DNA of 64,000 nucleotides from NCBI GenBank assembly GCA_048938105.1, contig JBHLMN010000004.1, forward strand, positions 256,001-320,000, written 5' to 3'. Position 1 is the first letter of the stretch; every line of letters starts with the position of its first letter. The notes under the pieces were generated by a model, which saw only the letters and a list, made by a program, of their open reading frames with translations, was not told the DNA's origin and searched no databases. Shown piece after piece: positions 17,833 through 27,093 of this stretch. This stretch comes from Promethearchaeota archaeon (GTDB lineage: Archaea; Asgardarchaeota; Heimdallarchaeia; Hodarchaeales; Hodarchaeaceae). A program made the position numbers and the translations under genes.

Positions 17833-19191
17833 ATGAACAGTAGTATTCTACACAAAGGTGATCAGTCTCCCTTCTCTTTTAAATTTGCAGGTTGGGTCGA
17901 AAAGCTCCCTGAGAGTGAGATTCGCCGTTTACTAAGATTTTCCCCGAAATATTATTTTGGTGGAGGTAAACCAGGTATTTTACCAATCGAAACTTTCCAT
18001 AAGATATTAGAAGACATAATTTCTGAGGAAAAGATCCTTCTGCAACAGAAATCCATAGCAGTCTTGAGTAAGTATAATTATGGAGCTACAGAGGGTAATT
18101 TTAAACTTCGATCAGTTTTAGCTAAACGACTTAAAAAGCGCGATCATGTTTCGTGCAGCTCAGAGGATGTTCTCATCACTACTGGTTCTCAACAAATTCT
18201 TTATGCCATTAATGATTGCTTGGTTACTCCTGGTGATATTATTCTTACAACCCGGCCAACCTATTTAGGCTATCTTTTACCAGCAGAAAAAATTGGAGCT
18301 AAAATTGTTACACTTCCTTCTGATGATGGTGGATTAATACCAGAATTTCTTGATGTAGCGATTAGTTTGTGCCAAAAAGAATTTGGACGGCCTCCTAAAA
18401 TTCTTTACACTATCCCCTATTCAGATAATCCCAAAGGAACGACTCTTTCATCTAAAAGAAAAAAGCAGATTGTTGACATTACCTTTGGATATAATGATAT
18501 TCTAATAGTGGAAGATGCAGCTTACAAAGAAATACAATTTGGTAATCAGGTGAATACGATTCACCCTTTAAAGGAATTTGATTCTGATAACCAACGAATT
18601 GCCTATTTATCAACTTCTACTAAGGAAGCAGCTTCCTTTAGGATTGGTTATAGCGTATTACCTGAAGAACTACGTCAAGCAATCATCAAAGCAAAAGGTT
18701 ACTATGATTTATGTTCCTCAGAGTTTGTGCAAGCAATTCTCGCACGGTATTATGAGAAATATATTGATTTACAGCTTCCACTAATTAGACGTGGTTACGA
18801 GGATCGCTGCAAAGCTATGCTTTACGCAATTGAAAATTATATGCCCAATGGGTCTTTCACGAAACCTACTGGAGGATTCTTTATTTGGTACGAAACTGCA
18901 AGTCAGAATATTGACACTCTTAAATTTGTACAGACAGCTATTGACAAAGGTGTAGCTTATGTTCCTGGTAGTGCTTTCTATCCCCAAACTGGTTATTCTG
19001 TTACTGAAGAGTCGAAACTAGTCCGATGTGAAAGGCCGACAAATACTATGAGGTTAGGATATTCATTATTATCTCCAGAAGTGATAGCAAAAGGGATAAA
19101 GCTCTTGGGACGATTATTGAAAATGGAAACTAGACATAATATTCCTAGTATTAGTTCATCTTTCTTTGACAAAGGATCATTCATAATCTAG
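17833..19191 (+). CDS. PLP-dependent class I/II aminotransferase (2-aminoadipate/aromatic type)
   Basis: YGATEG, ITTGSQQ, PTYLG, DNPKGT, IVEDAAY, STSTK..FRIGY (PLP lysine), PTGGFFIW, GVAYVPG, MRLGY. Confidence 0.92.
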   Translation: MNSSILHKGDQSPFSFKFAGWVEKLPESEIRRLLRFSPKYYFGGGKPGILPIETFHKILEDIISEEKILLQQKSIAVLSKYNYGATEGNFKLRSVLAKRLKKRDHVSCSSEDVLITTGSQQILYAINDCLVTPGDIILTTRPTYLGYLLPAEKIGAKIVTLPSDDGGLIPEFLDVAISLCQKEFGRPPKILYTIPYSDNPKGTTLSSKRKKQIVDITFGYNDILIVEDAAYKEIQFGNQVNTIHPLKEFDSDNQRIAYLSTSTKEAASFRIGYSVLPEELRQAIIKAKGYYDLCSSEFVQAILARYYEKYIDLQLPLIRRGYEDRCKAMLYAIENYMPNGSFTKPTGGFFIWYETASQNIDTLKFVQTAIDKGVAYVPGSAFYPQTGYSVTEESKLVRCERPTNTMRLGYSLLSPEVIAKGIKLLGRLLKMETRHNIPSISSSFFDKGSFII

Positions 19192-19241
19192 GAATATTTG
19201 AAAATATATAATATGGTTCTGGGGAAGAATTGAAGGTGTGA

Positions 19242-19727
19242 ATGATATCCACTATTGTAGCTATTGATAGAGCGTTCATTAATGCAGCACAGGATATCCA
19301 TGATGTTCTTTCTGAATCATTTATCCCTTTTCATCAGTACTATACAAAAGAAGCTTATCGTGCTACAGTTATTTCTGTTCGAGAAATTAAGAATCGAATT
19401 CTGAATAAGAAAACTGATGTTCTAATTGCTATTTGTAATAATAACCTTGTAGGTACAGCTACCATTGAAATACAAGAAAAAGAGAACTGGTTTATACGAA
19501 GTATGGCTATTAAACCTGATTATCAGAGGAAAAGTATTGCGTACCAGATTCTTAGGGAGATTATTAACTTAGCAAAGAAAAAACATGCTAGAACTCTATT
19601 ACTCGAATGTTTTGAACCATTAAGTGATGCAATTAATCTATATCAGCGTTCTGGATTTAAAAAAACAGGGAGAAAGAGGAATCATTATGGTATAGAAATA
19701 TTCGAAATGATAAGAGAGGTAGATTAA
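19242..19727 (+). CDS. GNAT N-acetyltransferase
   Basis: MAIKPDYQRKSIA acetyl-CoA motif; AINLYQRSGF. Confidence 0.9.
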   Translation: MISTIVAIDRAFINAAQDIHDVLSESFIPFHQYYTKEAYRATVISVREIKNRILNKKTDVLIAICNNNLVGTATIEIQEKENWFIRSMAIKPDYQRKSIAYQILREIINLAKKKHARTLLLECFEPLSDAINLYQRSGFKKTGRKRNHYGIEIFEMIREVD

Positions 19728-19790
19728 ACCTGTTTTATTGATGAAAAATCAAAATTTTTGAAATTATATTGATCTATTGGCAATTTAGAC

Positions 19791-20375
19791 TTGAGGGTGA
19801 TAATGATTAATGCAAAAATGAAAGCAACAGTCACTATTCCTTTTGAAAGATCTCTTTATCTTTTGCATCCCTATAATACATGTTTGATCACTTCAAAAGG
19901 GAAAGATGAAAAAATAAATATAATGGCTGTCGCTTGGATTACTCCTGTGAGTGTGAAACCTCCACTCATAGCCATGAGTATTCACCCAGAACGCTATTCA
20001 TACAATCTGATCATAGAAAGAGGGGAGTTTATTATAAATATCCCGCAATATGAACAAGCTCAAACAGTGTTATTCTGTGGTCGTTATTCAGGTAGAGATA
20101 CCGATAAATTTCAGAAAGTACCCCTAACACCTGAAAAAGCAAAAAGAGTTAAAGTTCCGAGAATAATGGAATGTATTGCTCATTTAGAATGTAAGGTTGT
20201 TAAGACAATTGAACTAGGAGATCATGTTTTAGTCATTGGAAAGATTATTGAAGCTTATGCTTTGAGTGATTGTTTTAATGAAGTATACAACATAACAAAA
20301 TTTCGGCCCTGTTTACATATTGGTAAAAACCTTTTTACAACTTGTATTAAGGAAACTATTGAACCTACTCTTTAA
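19791..20375 (+). CDS. flavin reductase family protein (flavoredoxin-like)
   Basis: NIMAVAW, PPLIA, GEFIIN, SGRDTDKF, ECIAHLECKV, GDHVL. Confidence 0.9.
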   Translation: MRVIMINAKMKATVTIPFERSLYLLHPYNTCLITSKGKDEKINIMAVAWITPVSVKPPLIAMSIHPERYSYNLIIERGEFIINIPQYEQAQTVLFCGRYSGRDTDKFQKVPLTPEKAKRVKVPRIMECIAHLECKVVKTIELGDHVLVIGKIIEAYALSDCFNEVYNITKFRPCLHIGKNLFTTCIKETIEPTL

Positions 20376-20453
20376 AGTTTAACATCAAAAATATTATTTG
20401 AACATTTTTTATGGAAAATAAAAAAAGAAGTTCAAAAACTCTATCTAAGATGA

Positions 20454-21152
20454 ATGAAAATGAAATGGAGTAAAGCAGAAGTTAAAGATCTATCTCCTAT
20501 TTTAGAACGAATAAAAGATGATCTAGGAGACTTAGAAAATAAAAATATTGTAGTCCTTTGCAGTGCTCAAGGAGAGATAGTTCTATGGTTAGCGGAAAGA
20601 ATGAAGGGTGGTCGGATTATTGGATTAGAGCTTGATGAAGCCTCACTCAAATTTGCGAAAAGATTAGCAAAAGAAAAGGGAATTAAAAACATAAAATTCC
20701 AAAAGGCAAGAAAAACTCGAATCCCTCTTTCTGATGAAAAATTTGACGTCTTGATAAGTGAATTTATCATTTTTCCGACAATAATGCCCACTGAAATTGG
20801 CCAGTCAGAGATGGTTCGCATACTTAAACCTGGTGGTAGTATTATTATTACAGACGTGATTTTGACACAACCAATGCCAAAAGAATTGCGGAAAAAATTA
20901 AGAGCTATTGGGTTGGATTATCTGTGTGAAGCAACACAAGAGGACTTTAAAGACTGGATGTTAGATGCTGGCCTTACTGAAATAAAGATCGTTGATTTCA
21001 CCCCCTTAGTAAAGAGTATATGGGAAAAAAGACGTGATCAAGAGATCTCCCCAGAAAAGAATGAAAGTTATTTGCTTCTGCTTGAAGATCCAGTATTTAA
21101 ATTAGGAAAAAGCATTTTTTACACATATGTTCAAGCTAGAAAAGGGGAATAG
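20454..21152 (+). CDS. class I SAM-dependent methyltransferase
   Basis: Variant motif I (VVLCSAQG), IIGLE, PLSDEKFDVLIS, EMVRILKPGG. Confidence 0.85.
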   Translation: MKMKWSKAEVKDLSPILERIKDDLGDLENKNIVVLCSAQGEIVLWLAERMKGGRIIGLELDEASLKFAKRLAKEKGIKNIKFQKARKTRIPLSDEKFDVLISEFIIFPTIMPTEIGQSEMVRILKPGGSIIITDVILTQPMPKELRKKLRAIGLDYLCEATQEDFKDWMLDAGLTEIKIVDFTPLVKSIWEKRRDQEISPEKNESYLLLLEDPVFKLGKSIFYTYVQARKGE

Positions 21153-21442
21153 TCTTTCTAATTATATTCACTTTTCATTTGTTAAATTCATGATATTAGA
21201 TTTATGCAGGTACCACGATAATCCTATTTTCCATTGATTAAGTTTTTAAAGATTTATCTGAGATGAATCTTCTGTATAGTAAGATTCTAATACGTAAAAT
21301 AACTTTTAAAGCATCTCATACTTTTAATTTGTGAAAGAATAATTCATTGTCTACAATTGTGATCTTCAAGACTTCTTTTATGATTTTTACTTAGAATTTT
21401 GTCTTCTTAATTGTTAAATATTCAAAAACCCCTTTACTCTTT

Positions 21443-21691
21443 ATGAGTCAGAGTATAGTCGATAGAATATGGGCTATAATAATAAATGAAGGATATCTTA
21501 AAGGGTTGACAAGGTCACCTCAAGGAAAGATATTCGTAATAAAGCATCCAAACACTAATCCAGCGCTAACAATAATGGATAGTCAAGATTATTTCGATAG
21601 AGGAAATGGAGAGATGTTTATTGGGAGAGAACTCCCTAATAAGGATATATTAATAGAGTTAATTCAAGAACACCAGCGATCAAGCTTATAA
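21443..21691 (+). CDS. small hypothetical protein
   Basis: 82-aa ORF with protein-like composition; convergent on the TIGR04076 gene. Confidence 0.55.
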   Translation: MSQSIVDRIWAIIINEGYLKGLTRSPQGKIFVIKHPNTNPALTIMDSQDYFDRGNGEMFIGRELPNKDILIELIQEHQRSSL

Positions 21692-21706
21692 TCCTCAATG
21701 AAGCAG

Positions 21707-21982
21707 TTATTTGTCTGGTTTTTCTGTTCGGGAAATCTTGAAAACAACGGGGCGTTTATAGTCAGGACAGCAGTTAGAATGGCTATCAGGGGTATCGAAC
21801 CATGACATTTTTCCTCCACTCTGAATAATACGTATAGTAGGGAAGATGGAATGAAATGCAGAGGGACAAATCTTCCCTCTATCTTCAGGATAATTAAACA
21901 CCTCTCCAATTTTGTGTCCAGCAGGACATCTGCCTTCTTCAAGAATATTAGTTACTTCAATTTTAATTTCATAATTTGGCAC
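21707..21982 (-). CDS. TIGR04076 family protein
   Basis: CPAGHKIGEVF, ICPSAFHSIFP, CCPD, VVFKISR. Confidence 0.85.
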   Translation of the reverse strand: MPNYEIKIEVTNILEEGRCPAGHKIGEVFNYPEDRGKICPSAFHSIFPTIRIIQSGGKMSWFDTPDSHSNCCPDYKRPVVFKISRTEKPDK

Positions 21983-22129
21983 GATTTTACACTCCTAAAA
22001 GAATAATTTGTTTTATTCTTCAGGGATCTTTTTATAATTCTTCACAAAAGAAACATGTCATTATGAAAGATTTAAAACGGATCAATAAATGTTAAATCAA
22101 TCTAATAGTAATTAACAGAGGAAAGTATC

Positions 22130-22795
22130 ATGCTTGATCTCTTATACGGTGTAGTATTGTTAATTGAAGTGGTCCTTGCTGTGATTATAGGTTTGTTTAT
22201 CATAAAGAGAGATAAGTCACAAACATTAAACCAAGTATTCTTATTGGTTATGCTCTCTTTTTCAGGTTATCTTTTTTTTGAATCGATAATCTATTTACTT
22301 GGTATCGAAGATCTATCAACAGTCGATCTCCTACGAGATCTTAGTGTTTTCTTTTCCACTGCTGCAGTAATTCTTTTAGTGTTTTCGGCATTAATTGTAC
22401 AATATGGAGACATAATAGTTCAGAGAAAGATAAATTTAGTGATTGGGTTCATTGTTCTAGTTTTTCTAGTAATCATTGGGATTCCTTTTGATTCAGCAAG
22501 AATTATTGATAATTATGTTATTTTTGAACAAGCGGATCCGCAATTCGGCATCATTGGAAAAACAGCTTTACTTTTCATTCCAATACTAGGAATTTTCTTT
22601 TCGATGTTTCAATATTTGAGAATTAGACAATCTAGCGAAGATGCTGTATTACGACAGAAATTATTCAGACTAGCTCTTGGATTATTTTTAATCACAATTG
22701 GTATCGCATATTTTGCAATTTTCCCAGAGTTCCGCTATCCAGGACATATTGCATACATTGCTGGTTTACTAAGCCTATTTTGGGCATTCAAATGA
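22130..22795 (+). CDS. standalone 7-TM receptor-like membrane protein (HisKA_7TM-like)
   Basis: Seven hydrophobic helices can be counted; KRDKSQTLNQVF after TM1 and QSSEDAVLRQK between TM5 and TM6 are typical of that family; no cytoplasmic kinase domain. Confidence 0.75.
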   Translation: MLDLLYGVVLLIEVVLAVIIGLFIIKRDKSQTLNQVFLLVMLSFSGYLFFESIIYLLGIEDLSTVDLLRDLSVFFSTAAVILLVFSALIVQYGDIIVQRKINLVIGFIVLVFLVIIGIPFDSARIIDNYVIFEQADPQFGIIGKTALLFIPILGIFFSMFQYLRIRQSSEDAVLRQKLFRLALGLFLITIGIAYFAIFPEFRYPGHIAYIAGLLSLFWAFK

Positions 22796-22863
22796 TTAAA
22801 GAGTTTTTCGAATTCTCGCATTATTAAGTTTGTTTTATAGGATTCGCCATGGTATGAGTAAAG

Positions 22864-23448
22864 ATGACATATCCAACAGGGAATAAGGGATCATACTTCA
22901 AGGTTTGTCTAATTGGAGATGGGGGAGTAGGAAAAACCTCTCTACGTGAACGAGTTCTAGGAGAAGATTTTGAAAGTACCTATTTATTGACCATAGGAGC
23001 CGATTTTGCCATCTATCAGGCTGATATTGATGGACACATATATAAATTCCAAATCTGGGATTTATCTGGACAACAGCGGTTTGACATTGTAAGAGCAGTT
23101 TATTACAGGGGTTCACATGGAGCTATCCTCGTCTTTGATCAGACCCGTCCAGAATCATTTTCTAATCTGGAGAATTGGAGAAAAGAGCTTTTTACTCACG
23201 TTAATCGGAGAGTCCCCTTTATTTTATTAGGTAATAAATGTGATCTGAGGAGTAAGATTGATCGGAATGCATTAAATGAGTTCATTGAGAAATCTGAGAA
23301 GGAGTTCTCATATGCAGGTAATCCATTTTCAATTCCATATCTTGACACATCTGCTCGTACAGGTCACAATGTGAATGAAGCTTTCGAGACATTAATTATG
23401 GCTATTAGGAATTTCGTTATAAACAATGTTAAAAAGACAAAGCATTAA
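22864..23448 (+). CDS. Rab-like small GTPase
   Basis: GDGGVGKTS, TIGADF, IWDLSGQ, YYRGS, GNKCD, DTSART; no C-terminal prenylation cysteines. Confidence 0.93.
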   Translation: MTYPTGNKGSYFKVCLIGDGGVGKTSLRERVLGEDFESTYLLTIGADFAIYQADIDGHIYKFQIWDLSGQQRFDIVRAVYYRGSHGAILVFDQTRPESFSNLENWRKELFTHVNRRVPFILLGNKCDLRSKIDRNALNEFIEKSEKEFSYAGNPFSIPYLDTSARTGHNVNEAFETLIMAIRNFVINNVKKTKH

Positions 23449-23469
23449 CTAACCAAAGGTTTAGATAAA

Positions 23470-23964
23470 ATGTCAAAAGAATTAAAAGACAAGCTCCTAA
23501 AAGAGTTTCCAGGTAAAATGGAAAATGAACAAGCATTCATCATGCAATTCATAATGAAAGAAGCTCAACAAGGTAGGAAACCACCATCTAAAGATGATAT
23601 TGATGAAAGCATCAAAAAAATGGTTAAAAAAGGTATTTTCGAAAAGAAGGGTCCTCTATTAATTTTGAGGGCCTCCAAACCGCTTGTGACAATATCTGAA
23701 GAGGAGGAGGAGGAGGAAGAAGAGACTCCAATTGTTTCTCCCAATTTGATAACAGGGAATTTTACTGAGAGTCAAAAGATTATTCTTAATGCTTTTCAAG
23801 GGAAATACGAGAATCGTTCAGCTATTATCATGAATGTTACAATGACAGAGTTATCTAAGGGAAAAAGACCTCCAGAAAGAGGAGTCCTGGAAAAAAGTAT
23901 TGAAGAATTAATAGAAAAAGGAGCATTGGAATTAAAAGGGGATCTATTAATTAAAAAACTTTAA
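23470..23964 (+). CDS. tandem winged-helix-like repeat protein with acidic linker
   Basis: Two ~62-aa repeats (F.GK.EN..A.IM...M.E...G..PP.......SI......G..E.KG.LLI) joined by a run of nine Glu. Confidence 0.8.
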   Translation: MSKELKDKLLKEFPGKMENEQAFIMQFIMKEAQQGRKPPSKDDIDESIKKMVKKGIFEKKGPLLILRASKPLVTISEEEEEEEEETPIVSPNLITGNFTESQKIILNAFQGKYENRSAIIMNVTMTELSKGKRPPERGVLEKSIEELIEKGALELKGDLLIKKL

Positions 23965-24112
23965 AATCATTTTAATGTTTGTACTGACTTGACAATTACT
24001 TGATTATTTTCTGTAGGGAAGGATTAGAGTATATATGATAATATTCCTTGTGATATAAGTTGGTTTATCAGCTTAAAAGGTTTCTAGGATTTGTTTTATG
24101 CTCATCCCAAAA

Positions 24113-24200
24113 GTGTTCACAAAATCGAACACCCCGTTCTAAAGTTCAGACATGCTGTACTAGTTTTAGAATAGGCCGTTCGACTGTATAGGTATTTAAA
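24113..24200. promoter_or_regulatory. phased operator array plus TATA box upstream of the DUF3160 gene
   Basis: YGTWC half-sites at 24114, 24135, 24156 and 24177 (exact 21-bp period); first unit is a perfect GTGTTC-N8-GAACAC and third is TGTAC-N8-GAATA; TATTTAAA at 24193-24200. Confidence 0.6.
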
Positions 24201-24252
24201 GGTATGTTCGATAAAAATAATCACATTACATAAGAGAAACGGTGTTGATTTA

Positions 24253-26454
24253 ATGAGAATAAATGGGAAATTAAGAAAGTACGGCCTCTTTTCCTCTATT
24301 GGAGGAGGTTTGGCAGCGATTCTAATTTTTATCCTTGCAATAGGCCTTTTTAATCCATTAAGTGTTCCAATGAATATTCCAGATATGGATACACCTTCTT
24401 TACTCGACGGAACAGCCTTAACTTACCAGATAAAAAATAGTCTTCAAACAGAATTTGGGAGTTATATTCCCCAAAATTTGTCTTATGATCCTAAAGTGGT
24501 TCCCACTCAAATACAATCGAATCTTGCTAATGTTGATTTACAAGGATTAAACATTCAATCTGATGTAAAAAAAGACTTAGAAAAATATGGTTTTGTCTTA
24601 GTTGATGAGGGTTTTGAAGATATTTATGAAATCTATCCACGTTTAGAATATCCAAAATTCGTAACCACAGATCTTTGTCTCCATGCGTATCATGTATTAT
24701 ATGATATTAGTTTACGAATATTAGAAGGAACCTACTTTAATGATGATTTCGAAATAATGTTACAAGAATTAAGAACTGCACAAATAGCTTTAAGTGGTAA
24801 GGTTACTGAAAGCAACGTTAATGATGCTCTAAACAAGAATATTGCTTATCTCACTGTCATGCTCTATTTAATCGATAATACTACTACTACGATTCCCAAA
24901 CAGGTTGAAGGTCTTTTTCTTTCAGAATTAGCAAAAATAAAAGCAGAAAAAAGAAATATATCAACTATTTTTGGATATGAAGAGGATTACACTCAGTATA
25001 AAGTACGAGGACACTATACACGAAATACTATCTTATCTAATTATTTCAAAGCTATGATGTATGCTGGTAGGATGGGATTTTTATTACAAAGTCCTTTTGG
25101 TGATATACAAATGGGTATCGATCACACTCGAATGGCTATGTTGCTTTTATCTTCCTTCAATGTTACTATTGGATCTGAAACTGTCTGGGATTACTGGGAT
25201 CGGGTATATCAACCAACAGCGTTTTATGTTGGTGCTAGCGATGATTTAACACCTATTGAGTATTACCAGATTTGGAAGATGTTTAATTTCCCTGGAGGAG
25301 ATCTTCTAGCTAGCGATGAGTTAATACTAGACATGATTAACGAGGCTAAAACTTATCGAAAACCGCAAATAAATTCCATGTTCATTTCTGATGCATATGA
25401 TCATGAGAATGTTACTCATGGATTTAGACTCATGGGTCAAAGATTTATTCCTGACTCATATATTTTCCAACAGTTGGTACATAATAAAGTAATAGGGCGT
25501 TATTTTCCTAATGGGCTAGACGTATTTTCTGTTTTTGGTAGTCCCAGAGCAAAATATCACCTCCAATCAGAGAATGAAAGTTATTCTGACTATAGTTCAC
25601 AGATTATTAAACTTCGAGATGAATTTTCTAATTTAACGGACTATGATTGGACACAAAACTTGTATTGGTTGTGGCTTTATTCATTGTTTCCATTGTTACA
25701 CCCAGCAAATGAGGGTTATCCTGGTTTTATGCGTAGTGATGCTTGGTTAGACAAAGCATTAATGACTGTACTGGCTTCCTGGGCCGAATTACGTCATGAT
25801 ACAATTCTCTATGCCAAACAATCTTACACCTATAAATCCGCAATAGCTGAACCCCTAAAAGGATATGTTGAACCCTATCCTAAAGTTTATGCACGATTAG
25901 CAACATTAGTCCGTTTGATGGAAGATGGGCTAGAGGAACGTGGGTTAATCATTGAAGGCTTTAGTTACAAACTTGATATTCTTGCAACTAAATTTAATCG
26001 TTTAGTTGAGATTAGTATCAAAGAACTTGAGAATGAGCCATTAAACGATAGCGATCTTTTTTTCATTAATAACTTTGGAGAAGAACTTGCCTCTATTGCT
26101 AGTTTTCATGATCCAAGCGCAAAACCATACGTTAGTGAAGCTGATGATCGAATGGCTATTATCGCGGATGTTCACACCGATATAAACTCTGGAAGAGTGC
26201 TGGAAGTAGGTACAGGCAATCCTTACGTTATTTATGTTATTGTACAAGATCATAATGGGAAATTATTCTTAACTCGCGGAGGTGTTTTTTCCTATTATGA
26301 ATTCAAACAACCAATGACCAATCGCCTAAATGATGAAGAATGGCATAAATTACTAGATACTAATCCTCCCTCATTGCCTGAATGGGTCTCCAATTTATTA
26401 ACCATATATTCGAGTGAAACTGTTTTAAATGCGATTGCTCTTAAAGAAGATTAA
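24253..26454 (+). CDS. DUF3160 domain surface protein
   Basis: N-terminal TM; FVTTD..LH.YH, EDYTQY.VRGHY, YFKAMMY.GR, LMGQRF.PDS, SWAELRHDTILYAKQ, GYVEP, IIADVHT, GVFSYYEF. Confidence 0.9.
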   Translation: MRINGKLRKYGLFSSIGGGLAAILIFILAIGLFNPLSVPMNIPDMDTPSLLDGTALTYQIKNSLQTEFGSYIPQNLSYDPKVVPTQIQSNLANVDLQGLNIQSDVKKDLEKYGFVLVDEGFEDIYEIYPRLEYPKFVTTDLCLHAYHVLYDISLRILEGTYFNDDFEIMLQELRTAQIALSGKVTESNVNDALNKNIAYLTVMLYLIDNTTTTIPKQVEGLFLSELAKIKAEKRNISTIFGYEEDYTQYKVRGHYTRNTILSNYFKAMMYAGRMGFLLQSPFGDIQMGIDHTRMAMLLLSSFNVTIGSETVWDYWDRVYQPTAFYVGASDDLTPIEYYQIWKMFNFPGGDLLASDELILDMINEAKTYRKPQINSMFISDAYDHENVTHGFRLMGQRFIPDSYIFQQLVHNKVIGRYFPNGLDVFSVFGSPRAKYHLQSENESYSDYSSQIIKLRDEFSNLTDYDWTQNLYWLWLYSLFPLLHPANEGYPGFMRSDAWLDKALMTVLASWAELRHDTILYAKQSYTYKSAIAEPLKGYVEPYPKVYARLATLVRLMEDGLEERGLIIEGFSYKLDILATKFNRLVEISIKELENEPLNDSDLFFINNFGEELASIASFHDPSAKPYVSEADDRMAIIADVHTDINSGRVLEVGTGNPYVIYVIVQDHNGKLFLTRGGVFSYYEFKQPMTNRLNDEEWHKLLDTNPPSLPEWVSNLLTIYSSETVLNAIALKED

Positions 26455-26587
26455 AATCTTTTCCTGCTCATTAAAAGGTAGGAAATTCCTTCATCTCTTT
26501 TTTTCATTGTAATTACCTTAAGGAAAATAATTGTCACTTTCAACTTAAGCTAGCTTTTATTTATATTGAAAAAATACAGTGTAGGGA

Positions 26588-27043
26588 TTGGAAGCTATAG
26601 TAATGGAAGAACATTCAGACGAATTACTGCAAGGTAAAACCATGAAAATTTACTGGTTTTTGCTTACTCATGGTGAAAGTGGTATTCGTGAAATAAAACG
26701 TCATCTGAAGATTGCTTCGCCATCTACAGTCTCTTATCACATGAACAAGCTCGTTGAGGCGGGTTTGGTCTCAAAATCAACAGCAGAGAAATATATTGTA
26801 GAAGAAACAGTAAAATCAGGGATCTTTGGCCTTTATATTAAGATTGGTACACGTATGATTCCAAGAATGCTGTTTTATATATCATTTTTCACAATCGGCT
26901 GTTTTTTGTATTTATTAGTCATACTTAATCGAGGAACTGTAATAATACACACAGAAGATTTCCTTTTTATTTTCTTTTTAGTAAGTGGAATCATTTTCTT
27001 TAGTTATGAAACTTACCGTATTTGGACAATGAAACCTCTTTGA
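26588..27043 (+). CDS. winged-HTH transcriptional regulator with two C-terminal TM helices
   Basis: GIREIKRHLKIASPSTVSYHMNKLVEAGLV HTH, then IPRMLFY and two hydrophobic helices. Confidence 0.85.
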   Translation: MEAIVMEEHSDELLQGKTMKIYWFLLTHGESGIREIKRHLKIASPSTVSYHMNKLVEAGLVSKSTAEKYIVEETVKSGIFGLYIKIGTRMIPRMLFYISFFTIGCFLYLLVILNRGTVIIHTEDFLFIFFLVSGIIFFSYETYRIWTMKPL

Positions 27044-27093
27044 TAATTAAGTTAATAAAAAATAGAGAAAAGAGAAGGATTATTCCCTAGAAT

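Noticed and set aside
24113-24200. Mini CRISPR array
   Set aside because: The 21-bp period is too short, only 5-bp half-sites are conserved, and there are no cas genes; an operator array fits better.
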